The notes: a model not told the origin generated them from the letters alone. Shown: positions 1-10,481, counted from the first letter of the stretch. The stretch is 64,000 nt of DNA from Candidatus Latescibacterota bacterium (GCA_965261395.1 OZ253462.1:4736001-4800000), one strand, 5' to 3'. Translations and numbers: made by a program.

Positions 1-1067
1 ACTACGCTAGAGCTGCTAAAGAGAGGACCGACGATGGCCACGACCCCTTGGTCCAGTAGCTGCTGGACGCCGTACGCCACGCGCAACAAACCGCTGGCCG
101 GGCTTTCGCTAAGGTCGCTGCCGAGATCGGTACCGATGGGCAAATTCCCATAGTCAACCCCGGTGTCGGCGACTACGAGTTCGAAGGGATTGCCGGCTTC
201 CCTATTGGCCAATTGCACCCCCTCGCGGAGTTCCTCGCCGATCCGGTGGTACGGCCCCGTCACCGGCAGCAGCAAGCCCAACCGGGGCGATCCCGAGCCA
301 ATGCGTGAGCGCTGTGCGGGCTGTCCCCCCCAGACGGCGGCTAACGGAGCGAATATGCCGTTGGCAACGCTATCGCGATAGGCCTGCATCGCCTGGGCGG
401 CTTCCTCTCCCCAGCCGAGGCGCTGGTACCAGCGCACCCGGCCGTAAAACAGGGCCTCGCGCAGACGCCCGGCCCCTACGGCCTGACGCAGACGCGTCAG
501 CTCTTGTTCTTTTACCTGTCCGTTCCAGGCCATGGCCGCCAACCGCTCGGCTGCTTGAGCTTGGATGCCAAGAGGGGCCTGCGTGGCCAACAAACGGCCG
601 TACTGGGACGCGGCCTCGGCGCGATGCTTGCTTTTGAAAAACGAATCGCCGATCAACAGCCGGGCATTGGGCAGGTAGCGGCTCGTGGGAAACCTGCGCT
701 GCAAGGCCAAGGCCGCGTCGATGGCTTCGGCAAAGTGCCCTAGGCGGTACAGGGCTCTGCCCAAGAGGAACTGACCGGCGCTGGACCGCTGGTTGAGCGG
801 AAACTCCGCCAGCTGCCGCAGGTGGTTGAGCGCCTCGTCGAAACGCCCCTGTTGATATGCCGCAAGCCCGTTGCCAAAGATCTTTTCGGCGGCGGCCGAG
901 TACGGCCACGTGCGCACCTGCCCTTCTACAAAGTTCGGTACCAGCACCGCCGCGAGGACCACGCATACGTAGCGAGCAATGCGCTGTACGGCAGCAGGCC
1001 GGGAAAAGGCACGGGGCCTAGGTTGTCCATATCTGAGGGGGCGAGTATATTTTTTGCGCCACTGCAT
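1..1067 (-). CDS. TPR-repeat plus type-1 periplasmic binding protein (LpoA/LivJ-like), 3' end outside window
   Basis: Hand translation from ATG at 1067 (GGAGAGG upstream): hydrophobic stretch YVCVVLAAVLVP, TPR-like AEKIFGNGLAAYQQGRFDEA and FLLGRALYRLGHFAEA, then RLGLLLPVTGPY...GVVAIVGPLFS; open to the window edge; absent from the ORF track. Confidence 0.75.
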   Translation of the reverse strand, partial: MQWRKKYTRPLRYGQPRPRAFSRPAAVQRIARYVCVVLAAVLVPNFVEGQVRTWPYSAAAEKIFGNGLAAYQQGRFDEALNHLRQLAEFPLNQRSSAGQFLLGRALYRLGHFAEAIDAALALQRRFPTSRYLPNARLLIGDSFFKSKHRAEAASQYGRLLATQAPLGIQAQAAERLAAMAWNGQVKEQELTRLRQAVGAGRLREALFYGRVRWYQRLGWGEEAAQAMQAYRDSVANGIFAPLAAVWGGQPAQRSRIGSGSPRLGLLLPVTGPYHRIGEELREGVQLANREAGNPFELVVADTGVDYGNLPIGTDLGSDLSESPASGLLRVAYGVQQLLDQGVVAIVGPLFSSSSV

Positions 1068-1104
1068 TTCCAACCTCTCCTATCCAACCTCTCCTAGGTA
1101 ATAT

Positions 1105-2610
1105 ATGCAACCGCGTGCTGAAAAATTGGAGATCGACCCAGAAAAACTGCGCCGTCTCCTAGCTAGACAAATCGAAGAACAAGAGCAAGCACCAGCCCAG
1201 CCCGAGGCTTCCTCCACCGAGGGCGAAGGTACGCAGACTGCCGAGTCCGAGGCCTTCCACTTCGACCTCAAGCCGGAAGAATTAGAGGCCTATCTCGATC
1301 AATACGTCATCAAGCAGCAAGACGCCAAGGCCATTCTCGCCACCAAGATCTGCACGCACTTTAACCGCCTGAAACTGCCCCCGGAGGAAGACGAGGGGCT
1401 CGTCGGCAACATTAAGAACAACGTGCTGATGGTCGGCCCTACCGGCGTGGGCAAAACCTATCTAATTCGCCTCATCGCCCGCAAAATCGGCGTCCCTTTT
1501 GTCAAGGGCGACGCCACCAAATTCAGCGAGACCGGCTATGTCGGCGGCGATGTCGAAGACTTGGTCCGCGACCTAGTCCGCGAGGCCAACGGCGATATTG
1601 AACGCGCCCAGTGCGGCATCATATACATCGACGAAATCGACAAAATCGCCTCCGCGCAGGGAGTGCACGGCCCGGATGTCTCGCGCTCTGGCGTCCAGCG
1701 CAACCTGCTCAAGCTGATGGAGGAAACCGACGTCGACCTCAAGGCCCCGCACGACATTGCCTCGCAGATGGAATCAGTCATCCAAATGCAGCAGACAGGC
1801 AAGATAGAACGACAGAAGGTCAATACTCGCAACATCCTCTTTATCGTTAGCGGAGCCTTTGGCGGGCTTGACGAAATTATCGGCCGCCGGCTCAACAAAG
1901 GCACCATGGGGTTCCGCTCCCAAGCCGACCCGGCGCACCTCGACGCCGATCAGCTTCTGTCCCACGTGCGAGCTGAGGACCTGATCGAATACGGATTCGA
2001 GTCCGAATTCATCGGCCGCTTGCCCGTCATCGCCGTTCTGCACGACCTCGGCCCCGAAGATCTCCTCGAAATCCTCCGCAATCCCAAAAGCAGCGTCATC
2101 CTGTCCAAGAAGCGAGACTTCCGCGCCTATGACATTGAGGTCGAATTTGTCGACGAGGCCCTAGCCCTTTTAGCCGAGCGCGCCCACACCGAGCACATCG
2201 GTGCCCGCGGCTTGGTCAGCGCCATTGAAAAGGTGTTGCTCAACTACGAAAAAAAGCTCCCCTCCGTCGGCGTCGAGCGCTTTACGGTCGACGCCGATAC
2301 CGTACTCACCCCTGCGGCCGGCCTAGAGCGCTTGCTGCAAGACACCTCGCTGCGCCGCTTTCTCGACAATTTCCAACGCGAACACGACATCGCCTTGGAG
2401 ATCACGCCGGAAGCCTCCGCGCAAATCGAGTCCCTAGCCAGTACGCGAGACATGGCACCCGGCGAACTGTGCGAAGAAATGTTCAGCGACTACGGACACG
2501 GCCTCAAGCTGGCCGGATTGAGCCAGTTCTGCATTGACGCGGATGTGGTCGCCGCGCCCCAAGAGGCACTCAACGCGCTCGTCAAATACCACTACAATCA
2601 ACGCAGCTAA
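1105..2610 (+). CDS. ClpX-like AAA+ ATPase lacking the N-terminal zinc-binding domain
   Basis: Walker A GPTGVGKT, ETGYVG pore loop, Walker B IYIDEIDK, EFIGRLP, GARGL sensor-2. Confidence 0.85.
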   Translation: MQPRAEKLEIDPEKLRRLLARQIEEQEQAPAQPEASSTEGEGTQTAESEAFHFDLKPEELEAYLDQYVIKQQDAKAILATKICTHFNRLKLPPEEDEGLVGNIKNNVLMVGPTGVGKTYLIRLIARKIGVPFVKGDATKFSETGYVGGDVEDLVRDLVREANGDIERAQCGIIYIDEIDKIASAQGVHGPDVSRSGVQRNLLKLMEETDVDLKAPHDIASQMESVIQMQQTGKIERQKVNTRNILFIVSGAFGGLDEIIGRRLNKGTMGFRSQADPAHLDADQLLSHVRAEDLIEYGFESEFIGRLPVIAVLHDLGPEDLLEILRNPKSSVILSKKRDFRAYDIEVEFVDEALALLAERAHTEHIGARGLVSAIEKVLLNYEKKLPSVGVERFTVDADTVLTPAAGLERLLQDTSLRRFLDNFQREHDIALEITPEASAQIESLASTRDMAPGELCEEMFSDYGHGLKLAGLSQFCIDADVVAAPQEALNALVKYHYNQRS

Positions 2611-3977
2611 ATCTCGCCGTATTGCTTTACCTTGCGGTAGAGCGTACTGAGGCCGATTTGCAGGATTTCGGCCGCCCGCCGCCGGTCGTCGCCAACGGCC
2701 TTCAAGGTCTCGGCAATGGCCATCTGTTCGATCTCGGCCATGCTCATGCCAACGCGAAAACCCAACCCGGGAAAGACGCGCTCTTGGCGGTTGATGTAGC
2801 GCGGGATGTCCCCGACCTCGAGCACGCCTTCGCGGGAGCACATGACGACCATGCCCTCGATGCAGTTTTTCAATTCTCGCACATTGCCCGGCCAATCGTA
2901 ATCGCGCAACACGTCTAAGGCTCGCGGTCGAATGCCCTCGATGCGCTTGTTGTTCTCGGCGGCGAACTGCCGGATGAACGCGTCGGCCAGAATGGGTATA
3001 TCCTCCCGGCACTCGCGCAGCGACGGCACTTCGATCTTGATCACGTTGAGCCGATAGAAGAGATCCGCCCGGAAGGTGCCCTCCCGCACCATAGCTTCGA
3101 GATCGCGGTGCGTCGCCGCGATCAAGCGCACATCGGCGCTCCGGGTCTGGGTGCCGCCGATCCGCTCAAAGCGGCCGTCCTGAATCACCCTCAGCAGCTT
3201 TACTTGCGTCGGCAGGGGAATGTCCCCGACTTCGTCGAGGAACAAGGTGCCTTGATCGGCCAGTTCAAAGCGCCCTTTGCGCGCTGCTCCGGCCCCGGTA
3301 TAGGCCCCTTTTTCGTGGCCGAAAAGCTCGTTTTCGACCAAGCTCTCCGGCAGGGCACCGCAGTTTATTTCGACGAAGGCGTTTTCCCGCCGTCGGCTCC
3401 GTTGGTGGATGGCCTTTGCCACCTCGCCCTTGCCCGTGCCGGTCTCGCCGGCAATCAGAACGCTGGTGCGCGATTGGGCTACCTGTTCGATCTGGAGGTA
3501 AATGCGCTGCCAAGGCGATGAGCGGCGGGCGATGTCGTCAAAGCGGTAGCGCTCGTCCAAGCGGCGCTGTAGATCCGAGACCTCCCCCACTAGCTGCTGG
3601 TAGCGCAGGCCCTTTTCCAACACCGCGCCGACCTTGGCCAAATTCAGCGGCTGTAGCTGAAAGTCGTAGGCCCCTTGGCGCATCGCTTCGACCCCCAACT
3701 CAATGTCTTCGGGCCCGGCGATGGCAATCGCGCAAATGGCTGAATTTCGCTTGTGGGCCAGTTGCTGGATCCGCAACCCGTCGATGCGCTTCTCGCGCAG
3801 GGCATAGATCAGTGCGTCAACCGCATCTGCGTCGAGTATGTCATACGCGCTCTGCCCCTCGTGCGCCCAGAGCACTTCGTACGCTCGCTGTTCTAGGTAG
3901 AAAATCAGCGCCCGGGCTTGCTGGGATTCGGGCAACACGACCAACAGCCGCGGCTGCGTATGGCGCTTCTCGCTCAC
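2607..3977 (-). CDS. Sigma54-dependent NtrC-family activator with degenerate receiver domain
   Basis: GETGTGK, ELFGHEKGAYTGA, LFLDEVG, FRADLFYRLNV, WPGNVREL, C-terminal Fis HTH; GTG start chosen because it overlaps the rlmD stop (GTGA). Confidence 0.88.
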   Translation of the reverse strand: MSEKRHTQPRLLVVLPESQQARALIFYLEQRAYEVLWAHEGQSAYDILDADAVDALIYALREKRIDGLRIQQLAHKRNSAICAIAIAGPEDIELGVEAMRQGAYDFQLQPLNLAKVGAVLEKGLRYQQLVGEVSDLQRRLDERYRFDDIARRSSPWQRIYLQIEQVAQSRTSVLIAGETGTGKGEVAKAIHQRSRRRENAFVEINCGALPESLVENELFGHEKGAYTGAGAARKGRFELADQGTLFLDEVGDIPLPTQVKLLRVIQDGRFERIGGTQTRSADVRLIAATHRDLEAMVREGTFRADLFYRLNVIKIEVPSLRECREDIPILADAFIRQFAAENNKRIEGIRPRALDVLRDYDWPGNVRELKNCIEGMVVMCSREGVLEVGDIPRYINRQERVFPGLGFRVGMSMAEIEQMAIAETLKAVGDDRRRAAEILQIGLSTLYRKVKQYGEI

Positions 3978-5332
3978 GGGGCGACCTGCTTGCACAACCC
4001 GACGACCACTTCGCAGTGCGGCGTTTGGGGAAACATATCTACGGGCTGCACGCTGCGGACGCCGTAGCCAGCCTCGCCCAAGGCGCACAAATCGCCGGCT
4101 AGCGTGTGGACATTACAAGAGACGTAAATGATGCGCGGCGGCGCCAATGCACATAGACCAGCCAGCGCCTTTTTGTGGATCCCGGGCCGCGGTGGATCGA
4201 CGACGGCCAAGTCAAAATGCCGGCCTTGTGCTGCCAATTCTCCCAGTATACCCTCGACTGCGCCGACCATAAACTCGCAGTGTTCTATCCGATTGCGCAC
4301 GGCGTTGCGTCTGGCGTCCTCCACCGCTTCAGCGACCACTTCGATGCCCAACACGAACTGGGACTGACGCGCCAAAAGCAGGCTAATGCTGCCCGTGCCG
4401 CAGTACAAATCCAGCACCGCCTTTTGCGGTCCGGCCACGCGGGCTATGACCTCGTAGAGCCGCTCGGCTTGCAGCGAATTCGTCTGAAAAAAGGATTGGG
4501 GAGAAATGTCGAATTCGAGGCCAGCGCACACTTCAGAGATGCGCCCGCTTCCCTTGAGCACAAACTCGCGCTCCCCGGCTGCTACTTGGGCCTTACCGGT
4601 GTGTAAGGTGACGAGCAAGACGTCGATTTCAGGTACGGCATCCAATAGTTGCTCGGCGAGCTGTTGGACGCCTAGGTCGGGATACGAGGACACGACGAGG
4701 TTGACCATCACTTCCCCGCTCCGCTTACCCTCGCGGACGACCAAGAAGCGCAGCAGCCCTTGGTGCCGCTTCAGGTCGTAAACACTGAGGCCCAACGCTT
4801 GGCTGATGCGGCGAGCCGCTCCGACGATGCGGTTGGAAGTGCGCGACTGTAAGTGGCACTCTTCGACGTCGAAGATCCAATTGAAACGCCCGCGTACGTG
4901 CAAGCCCAGTTGCAGCAGCCCCTCGCGATCCGTGCCAAAGGAAAATTCCATCTTGTTGCGATAAAAAAAGGGGGTCGGGCTGGGCAAAATTGGGGCTGCG
5001 ATCGGCAACGCCAGCCCACTAGTCGCCAATGCGCTAGCGACCATCTGCTCCTTGACGGCGAGCTGGGCCGCGTAGGGCAATTCCTGCCAGCGACAGCCAC
5101 CGCAAAGTCCAAAATGGGCACAGCGGGGATCCTCGCGCTTGTAGCTCTCTGCGAGGAACTCCTCCACCTCGGCCTCGAAGCGCCCTTTGCGCTTCTTGAC
5201 GACCCGGGCGGCGACCCGGTCCCCGGGAACGGACTGACGTACGACGACCTCGCGCTGCCCGACATAGGCCAACCCGTCGCCCTTGGCAGTGAGGGCGGCG
5301 ACCTCGACCTCAATGCGATCTCCTCGTTTCAC
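3974..5332 (-). CDS. rlmD: 23S rRNA m5U1939 methyltransferase
   Basis: N-terminal TRAM domain, CAHFGLCGGC Fe-S motif, SFFQTN, DLYCGTG, DPPRPG, YVSCN, DMFPQT. Confidence 0.9.
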   Translation of the reverse strand: MKRGDRIEVEVAALTAKGDGLAYVGQREVVVRQSVPGDRVAARVVKKRKGRFEAEVEEFLAESYKREDPRCAHFGLCGGCRWQELPYAAQLAVKEQMVASALATSGLALPIAAPILPSPTPFFYRNKMEFSFGTDREGLLQLGLHVRGRFNWIFDVEECHLQSRTSNRIVGAARRISQALGLSVYDLKRHQGLLRFLVVREGKRSGEVMVNLVVSSYPDLGVQQLAEQLLDAVPEIDVLLVTLHTGKAQVAAGEREFVLKGSGRISEVCAGLEFDISPQSFFQTNSLQAERLYEVIARVAGPQKAVLDLYCGTGSISLLLARQSQFVLGIEVVAEAVEDARRNAVRNRIEHCEFMVGAVEGILGELAAQGRHFDLAVVDPPRPGIHKKALAGLCALAPPRIIYVSCNVHTLAGDLCALGEAGYGVRSVQPVDMFPQTPHCEVVVGLCKQVAP

Positions 5333-5354
5333 GTGCTCCCTATCTACAATGCAA

Positions 5355-5385
5355 ACGGGGCAAGATGGTCATCATCTTGCCCCGT
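5355..5385 (-). terminator. Hairpin after rplQ (weak terminator or processing site)
   Basis: 13-bp inverted repeat acggggcaagatg / catcttgccccgt with only a short U run. Confidence 0.55.
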
Positions 5386-5408
5386 CGCTACTACCTTGGA
5401 CGCCCACC

Positions 5409-5831
5409 TTATTCTTCGGCCTGCTGAACCTCTTTTGCAGCCGGGGCCTCCTGGGTCTCTTCTGCGGTCACCCCGGGGCGATCCACGAGTTCGACGATGC
5501 TCATAAATGCCCCGTCGCCGCGACGCGGCCCCAACTTGATCATGCGAGTATAGCCTCCGTTGCGGCTTTTGTAGCGCGGGCCTAGTTCGTCAAAGAGCTT
5601 GGCGACCACCTGCTTGTCGGCTATGACGCGCAACACTTGACGCCGGGAGTGCAAGTCGCCTTTCTTGGCGCAGGTCAACACCCGCTCGGCCGTGCGCTTG
5701 AGCTCTTTGGCGCGCGTCTGGGTGGTGGTGACGCGCTCGTTGGTAAACAGCGAGGTCATCATGTTGGACAACATGGCCTTGCGGTGCGGGGCCGTGCGCC
5801 CCAGCTTGGCTATTTTTTTGCCGTGTCTCAT
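5409..5831 (-). CDS. rplQ: 50S ribosomal protein L17
   Basis: [12 protein letters not shown]...GGYTR...RRGDGA; start corrected to the MRH methionine. Confidence 0.97.
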   Translation of the reverse strand: MRHGKKIAKLGRTAPHRKAMLSNMMTSLFTNERVTTTQTRAKELKRTAERVLTCAKKGDLHSRRQVLRVIADKQVVAKLFDELGPRYKSRNGGYTRMIKLGPRRGDGAFMSIVELVDRPGVTAEETQEAPAAKEVQQAEE

Positions 5832-5832
5832 G

Positions 5833-6849
5833 CTAGAATTCTTCCGCCAGTGGATTGTCCGCTTTTTGGTCGATCTCAATGTCGGCGTACGGACTCAGGT
5901 CCATGCCCCAGCTAAGATTGTTCTCCTCGAGTATTTTTTCCAACTCGTTGAGCGATTTGCGGCCGAAGTTGCGATACTGAAGCATCTCGGCCTCCGTGCG
6001 CGATACCAAGTCCCTGAGATGGGTGATCCCTGCGGCTTTGAGGCAGTTGGCCGAGCGCACCGTCAACTCAATCTCTTCGACGGGCGTTTGCAAGAGCTGG
6101 GCTATTTTCTTGGCCTCCTCGTCAACTTCCTTTTCCTCGATGCCTTCGGGCTCTTCTATAAAATGAATAAAAAGGCTCAGGTGTTCGGTCAGGATCCGAG
6201 CGGCCTGGGACATGGCGTCTTCGGGATGCACGGAGCCATCGGTCCAGACTTCCATAATCAACTTGTCGTAGTCGGTTCGCCGTCCGACGCGTGCGTTCTC
6301 GATCTCGTAGTGGACCTTGAGGATCGGCGAATAGTTCGTATCGAGCGGAACAGCGCCTATAGGCTGATCGGGGATTTTGTTCTCCTCGGCGAACTGGTAG
6401 CCGCGACCGCAGCCAACCATCAGTTCCATTTTCAGGGAGGCCCCTTTATCCAAGGTGGCGATGTGCTGGTCGGGATTCATCACCTCGACGCTGGAGTCCA
6501 CTTCTAGGTCCTTGGCCACCAAGGCTCCTTCTGTCGTGCGCTCGACGCGCAAGACGCGATCCTCCTCGCCACTATAGCGGATCGCCACTTCCTTGAAGTT
6601 GCGCACGATCTCCGGCACGTCCTCGCGCACCCCGACAATCGTGGAAAACTCGTGATGCACGCCTTCGATATTGACTTGCTTGATCGCCGCTCCTTGGATA
6701 AAGGACGACAATACGCGGCGCAGCGCGTGCCCTATAGAGACGCCAAAACCGCGCTCGAGCGGCTGGACGATAAACATGCCATACGTCTCGCTGAGACTTT
6801 CTTTTTCGACCTCGGCCAGTCTCGGCATCTGGAGACCTTCTAATTTCAT
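5833..6849 (-). CDS. rpoA: RNA polymerase alpha subunit
   Basis: PLERGFG...[27 protein letters not shown]. Confidence 0.98.
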   Translation of the reverse strand: MKLEGLQMPRLAEVEKESLSETYGMFIVQPLERGFGVSIGHALRRVLSSFIQGAAIKQVNIEGVHHEFSTIVGVREDVPEIVRNFKEVAIRYSGEEDRVLRVERTTEGALVAKDLEVDSSVEVMNPDQHIATLDKGASLKMELMVGCGRGYQFAEENKIPDQPIGAVPLDTNYSPILKVHYEIENARVGRRTDYDKLIMEVWTDGSVHPEDAMSQAARILTEHLSLFIHFIEEPEGIEEKEVDEEAKKIAQLLQTPVEEIELTVRSANCLKAAGITHLRDLVSRTEAEMLQYRNFGRKSLNELEKILEENNLSWGMDLSPYADIEIDQKADNPLAEEF

Positions 6850-6892
6850 ACTTTAGCCTCTTGCCCCTTGATTGATTGGGCGGAGTAAAACT

Positions 6893-7519
6893 TCAAACGC
6901 GAGAATAAAACTCGATGACCAGTTGTTCTTCGGCGACCGTGGGAATGTCTTCGCGTCCGGGGATCTCTGCTACGGTCCCAGTCAAATTGACCTTGTCTAT
7001 GGCCAGCCAAGGCACGATCTCCCGCGAACGCCGCAGTGATTCGTGAATGGCCTCTAGCTGGCGACTGCGCTCGGCGACCTGTACCACATCGCCCATCCGG
7101 GTCAGGTAGGAAGGGATATTGACCCGTTTGCCATTTACCACGATGTGATTGTGGCGCACTAACTGACGCGCGGCCTTGCGCGACGGCGCGAAGCCGAGCC
7201 GATAGACAATGTTGTCGAGGCGACGCTCCAACAGGCGCAACAGATTTTCGCCACTGATGCCCGGCACTCGCGACGCTTCCTTGTAATAGCCCCTGAACTG
7301 GCCTTCGCGGATTCCGTAGAGCCGAGCTAACTTCTGCTTGGCCCGTAGCTGCACGCTGTAGTCGGACTGCTTGCGCCGCAAGCCTTGGCCGTGTTGTCCT
7401 GGGGCATAGCTACGCCGCTCAAAGGAACATTTTTCGAGGTTGCAGCGCTCGCCCTTCAGGAAGAGTTTGGCTCCTTCCCGGCGACAGAAGCGACAATTGG
7501 GACCTGTATGCCTGCTCAT
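6893..7519 (-). CDS. rpsD: 30S ribosomal protein S4 (Cys-containing, Zn type)
   Basis: CRFCRREG...C...C, LERRLDNIVYRLG. Confidence 0.98.
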   Translation of the reverse strand: MSRHTGPNCRFCRREGAKLFLKGERCNLEKCSFERRSYAPGQHGQGLRRKQSDYSVQLRAKQKLARLYGIREGQFRGYYKEASRVPGISGENLLRLLERRLDNIVYRLGFAPSRKAARQLVRHNHIVVNGKRVNIPSYLTRMGDVVQVAERSRQLEAIHESLRRSREIVPWLAIDKVNLTGTVAEIPGREDIPTVAEEQLVIEFYSRV

Positions 7520-7535
7520 AACGTGATTAGCTCCT

Positions 7536-7925
7536 CTAAACGCGGCGACGCTTGGGCGGCCGACAGCCGTTGTGCGGCATGGGCGTCACGTCGCGGATTG
7601 CAGAAATCTCGAGCCCGGCGTTTTGCAGAGCGCGGATTGCGGACTCGCGCCCCACCCCTGGCCCCTTGACCCAGACCTCCACGCGGCGCAACCCCATATT
7701 CATGGCTTCTTGGGCGGCCTTTTCAGCGGCGAGCTGGCCGGCAAAGGGCGTAGATTTGCGACTGCCCTTGATACTCATTTTCCCTGGGGTCGCCCAAGAA
7801 ATCACATTGCCACTAGTATCGGTAAGCGTGATAATCGTATTGTTGAACGTGGCCAGAATGTGGGCCACGCCCACAGCTTCTACCTGTTTTGCTTTTTTGT
7901 GTTTCTTGCGTCTTTCGGGCGGCAA
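7536..7925 (-). CDS. rpsK: 30S ribosomal protein S11
   Basis: [26 protein letters not shown]. Confidence 0.98.
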   Translation of the reverse strand: MPPERRKKHKKAKQVEAVGVAHILATFNNTIITLTDTSGNVISWATPGKMSIKGSRKSTPFAGQLAAEKAAQEAMNMGLRRVEVWVKGPGVGRESAIRALQNAGLEISAIRDVTPMPHNGCRPPKRRRV

Positions 7926-7951
7926 AGGTCAATCCTCTCCGTTTGGGTTAT

Positions 7952-8332
7952 CTACTTGACGGGGGCCTTTTTCTTACCGGCAATGGCTCGCCGCGGCCCC
8001 TTGCGCGTACGGGCATTGGTCTTGGTGCGCTGGCCGTTGGCCGGCAGCCCGCGGCGATGCCGCAAACCCCGATAGCAGCCGATATCCATCAGCCGCTTGA
8101 CATTCATGGTGGTTTCGCCGCGCAGACTACCTTCGACCTTGTGGCTGACCTCAATGATCGAGCGCAAACTGTTGACTTGGTCTTCGCTCAACTCGTTGAT
8201 CCGAGTCTGAGAGTCAATCCTCGCCTGGGCAGCGATGCGATTGGCCATCGTGTGCCCAATGCCAAAGATATAGGTCAATGCGATGGCGACCCGCTTGTCG
8301 CGGGGTAAATCTACACCTGCTATGCGCGCCAT
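7952..8332 (-). CDS. rpsM: 30S ribosomal protein S13
   Basis: [30 protein letters not shown]; start corrected. Confidence 0.98.
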   Translation of the reverse strand: MARIAGVDLPRDKRVAIALTYIFGIGHTMANRIAAQARIDSQTRINELSEDQVNSLRSIIEVSHKVEGSLRGETTMNVKRLMDIGCYRGLRHRRGLPANGQRTKTNARTRKGPRRAIAGKKKAPVK

Positions 8333-8343
8333 AGGGTTATTCC

Positions 8344-8460
8344 TCAGCCTTGTCTCTGCTTGTGGCGGGGATTGCGCTTGCATATAACGCGCACGACCCC
8401 TTGCCGACGGACGATCTTGCACTCGTTACAGCGCTTGCTGACGGATGCTCTAACTTTCAC
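8344..8460 (-). CDS. rpmJ: 50S ribosomal protein L36 (Zn type)
   Basis: Hand translation, GTG start: [38 protein letters not shown]. Confidence 0.97.
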   Translation of the reverse strand: MKVRASVSKRCNECKIVRRQGVVRVICKRNPRHKQRQG

Positions 8461-8492
8461 GGTACTCGCTCCAAATGGGGTTGAAGTTCGCC

Positions 8493-9836
8493 CTAGCCGC
8501 GGCGTCCCTGGATCTTGCCCCGCTTCATAAATCCCTCGTAGTGGCGAGTCATTAGCTGGGACTCCAACTGCTGCAAGGTGTCTAAAGCCACGCCGACGAC
8601 GATCAAAAGCCCTGTACCACCAAAAAATTGGGCAAAAGAAGGAGCCACGTTGAATTGCCTCGTGATGAAGAAGGGAAAAATCGCCACCATAGCGAGGGCA
8701 ATAGAACCCGGCAGGGTAATGCGCGTCATAATGCCATCAATGTACTGGGCGGTCCGGGGACCGGGGCGGACGCCCGGGATGAATCCCCCGTGCTTTTTCA
8801 TGTTGTCAGAGAGCTGATTGGGATCCATGACGATGGCAGTATAAAAATAACAAAAGAAGATGATCATTAGCCCATAGACGAACCAATAAAACATGGATTC
8901 GGTCGAGAAAAACGAACCAATCGCCAGCATGAATTCATGGCCTGGGAACATCTGAGTGATCGTGCCGGGCAGAAACATGATCGACTGGGCAAATATGATC
9001 GGAATCACGCCCGCCGTGTTGATCCGCAGCGGAATGTGCGTGGTCTGGCCGCCGTAAACCCGCCGCCCGACGACGCGCTTGGCGTACTGAACGGGAATTT
9101 TGCGCAAGCCCTGGGTCAGCAAGATCACAAAGGCCACTACGGCGAACATTAGCGCGACGAGGAAGATCTCTTCAATGATGTTTTTGCTGAAACCGCGATT
9201 GATGATAAAGAGCTTGTATTCCTGATTGATCGCATAGGGCAACTCGGCGATGATACCGATGAATATGATCAGGGAAATGCCGTTGCCAATGCCGCGCTCC
9301 GTGATCTGCTCACCCAACCACATAATAAAGATCGTACCAGTGGTGATCGTCAGCATAGTCGCCAGCGTAAAGCCAATGCCCGGGTCGGCAACGGCCGGCT
9401 GACCCGAGTACGGGGCCTTGATGCTGGTAATGAAGAAACTGACGCCGTAGGACTGAGCGGCCGCTAAAAAGACTGTGCCATAGCGCGTGTACTGAGTGAT
9501 TTTCTTGCGTCCCTCTTCGCCTTCGCGCTGCAGTTTCTGGAAGTGGGGAATAACCGCGCCCAGCAACTGCAAAATAATCGAGGCGCTGATATAGGGCATG
9601 ATGCCCAAAGCGAAGATCGTCCCGCGGGTAAAGGCACCACCCACAAACATGTCGTACAGCCCAAAAAGGGTGTTGCCGGCGCTTTCAAAGTACTCTTTGA
9701 GCACGACCAACTCGACGCCGGGGACCGTGATCTGACCACCGATGCGATAGACGATCAAAAGCCCTAAGGTGAAGAGGATGCGACGCCGCAAATCGGGAAT
9801 TTTGAAGCAGTTTTGAAAACTCTGCAGCAATTGCAT
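8493..9836 (-). CDS. secY: Preprotein translocase SecY
   Basis: [42 protein letters not shown]; TGATG overlap with rplO. Confidence 0.98.
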   Translation of the reverse strand: MQLLQSFQNCFKIPDLRRRILFTLGLLIVYRIGGQITVPGVELVVLKEYFESAGNTLFGLYDMFVGGAFTRGTIFALGIMPYISASIILQLLGAVIPHFQKLQREGEEGRKKITQYTRYGTVFLAAAQSYGVSFFITSIKAPYSGQPAVADPGIGFTLATMLTITTGTIFIMWLGEQITERGIGNGISLIIFIGIIAELPYAINQEYKLFIINRGFSKNIIEEIFLVALMFAVVAFVILLTQGLRKIPVQYAKRVVGRRVYGGQTTHIPLRINTAGVIPIIFAQSIMFLPGTITQMFPGHEFMLAIGSFFSTESMFYWFVYGLMIIFFCYFYTAIVMDPNQLSDNMKKHGGFIPGVRPGPRTAQYIDGIMTRITLPGSIALAMVAIFPFFITRQFNVAPSFAQFFGGTGLLIVVGVALDTLQQLESQLMTRHYEGFMKRGKIQGRRG

Positions 9837-10285
9837 CAAATTACCTCGGCCTGACCGCCCGCTTTGGCGATTTTCTCTGCTGCCGTAGCGGAGAATTTGT
9901 GCGCTTTGACCGTCAGGGACTGACTCAGTTCCCCTTCGCCTAGGACCTTCAGCAGTCCCGATGGCTTGGCGATTAAGCCGGCAGCAGCCATTTCCTCTGG
10001 CCCGACTTCTCCGCTGAGTCCCCTCTCTGCCAGATCTCGCAGATTGACAATCTGATAGATGGTTTTGAATTTGTGGTTGGAAAAACCCACCTTGGGAATG
10101 TGGCGGAACAGTGGTAGCGTACCGCCAGTGAACCCGATGCGGTTACCGCGCCTAGCACCGGACCTAGCCCGCTGACCTTTATGGCCTTTGCCCGCGGTTT
10201 TGCCCGTTCCCGAACCCGGTCCTTGCCCCAACCGCTTGCGGTCCCGCTTAGACCCCGGAGGGCATTTTATATTTTCTAGACGCAT
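9836..10285 (-). CDS. rplO: 50S ribosomal protein L15
   Basis: GSGTGKTAGKGHKGQRARSG, KVLGEG, KFSATA. Confidence 0.97.
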   Translation of the reverse strand: MRLENIKCPPGSKRDRKRLGQGPGSGTGKTAGKGHKGQRARSGARRGNRIGFTGGTLPLFRHIPKVGFSNHKFKTIYQIVNLRDLAERGLSGEVGPEEMAAAGLIAKPSGLLKVLGEGELSQSLTVKAHKFSATAAEKIAKAGGQAEVI

Positions 10286-10298
10286 GATACGCTCTCGC

Positions 10299-10481
10299 TT
10301 ACTTTTCTACTTCCTCAACTGCGACCAAATGCTTGACTTTGGCGATCATACCCCGGATCTGGGGGGTGTCGTCGTGTACGATCTGTTGATATAGGCGCTT
10401 GATGCCCAAAGCCGCGATCGTCGCCTTTTGACCTTTTGCCCGACCGATGGCACTGCGCCGCTGTGTAATGACCAGTTTCAT
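10299..10481 (-). CDS. rpmD: 50S ribosomal protein L30
   Basis: ITQRRSAIGR...DTPQIRGMIAKVKHLV. Confidence 0.96.
   Translation of the reverse strand: MKLVITQRRSAIGRAKGQKATIAALGIKRLYQQIVHDDTPQIRGMIAKVKHLVAVEEVEK

Noticed and set aside
370-966. 198-aa minus-strand ORF in the track
   Set aside because: Wrong frame; the overlapping frame starting at 1067 gives a coherent TPR/binding protein
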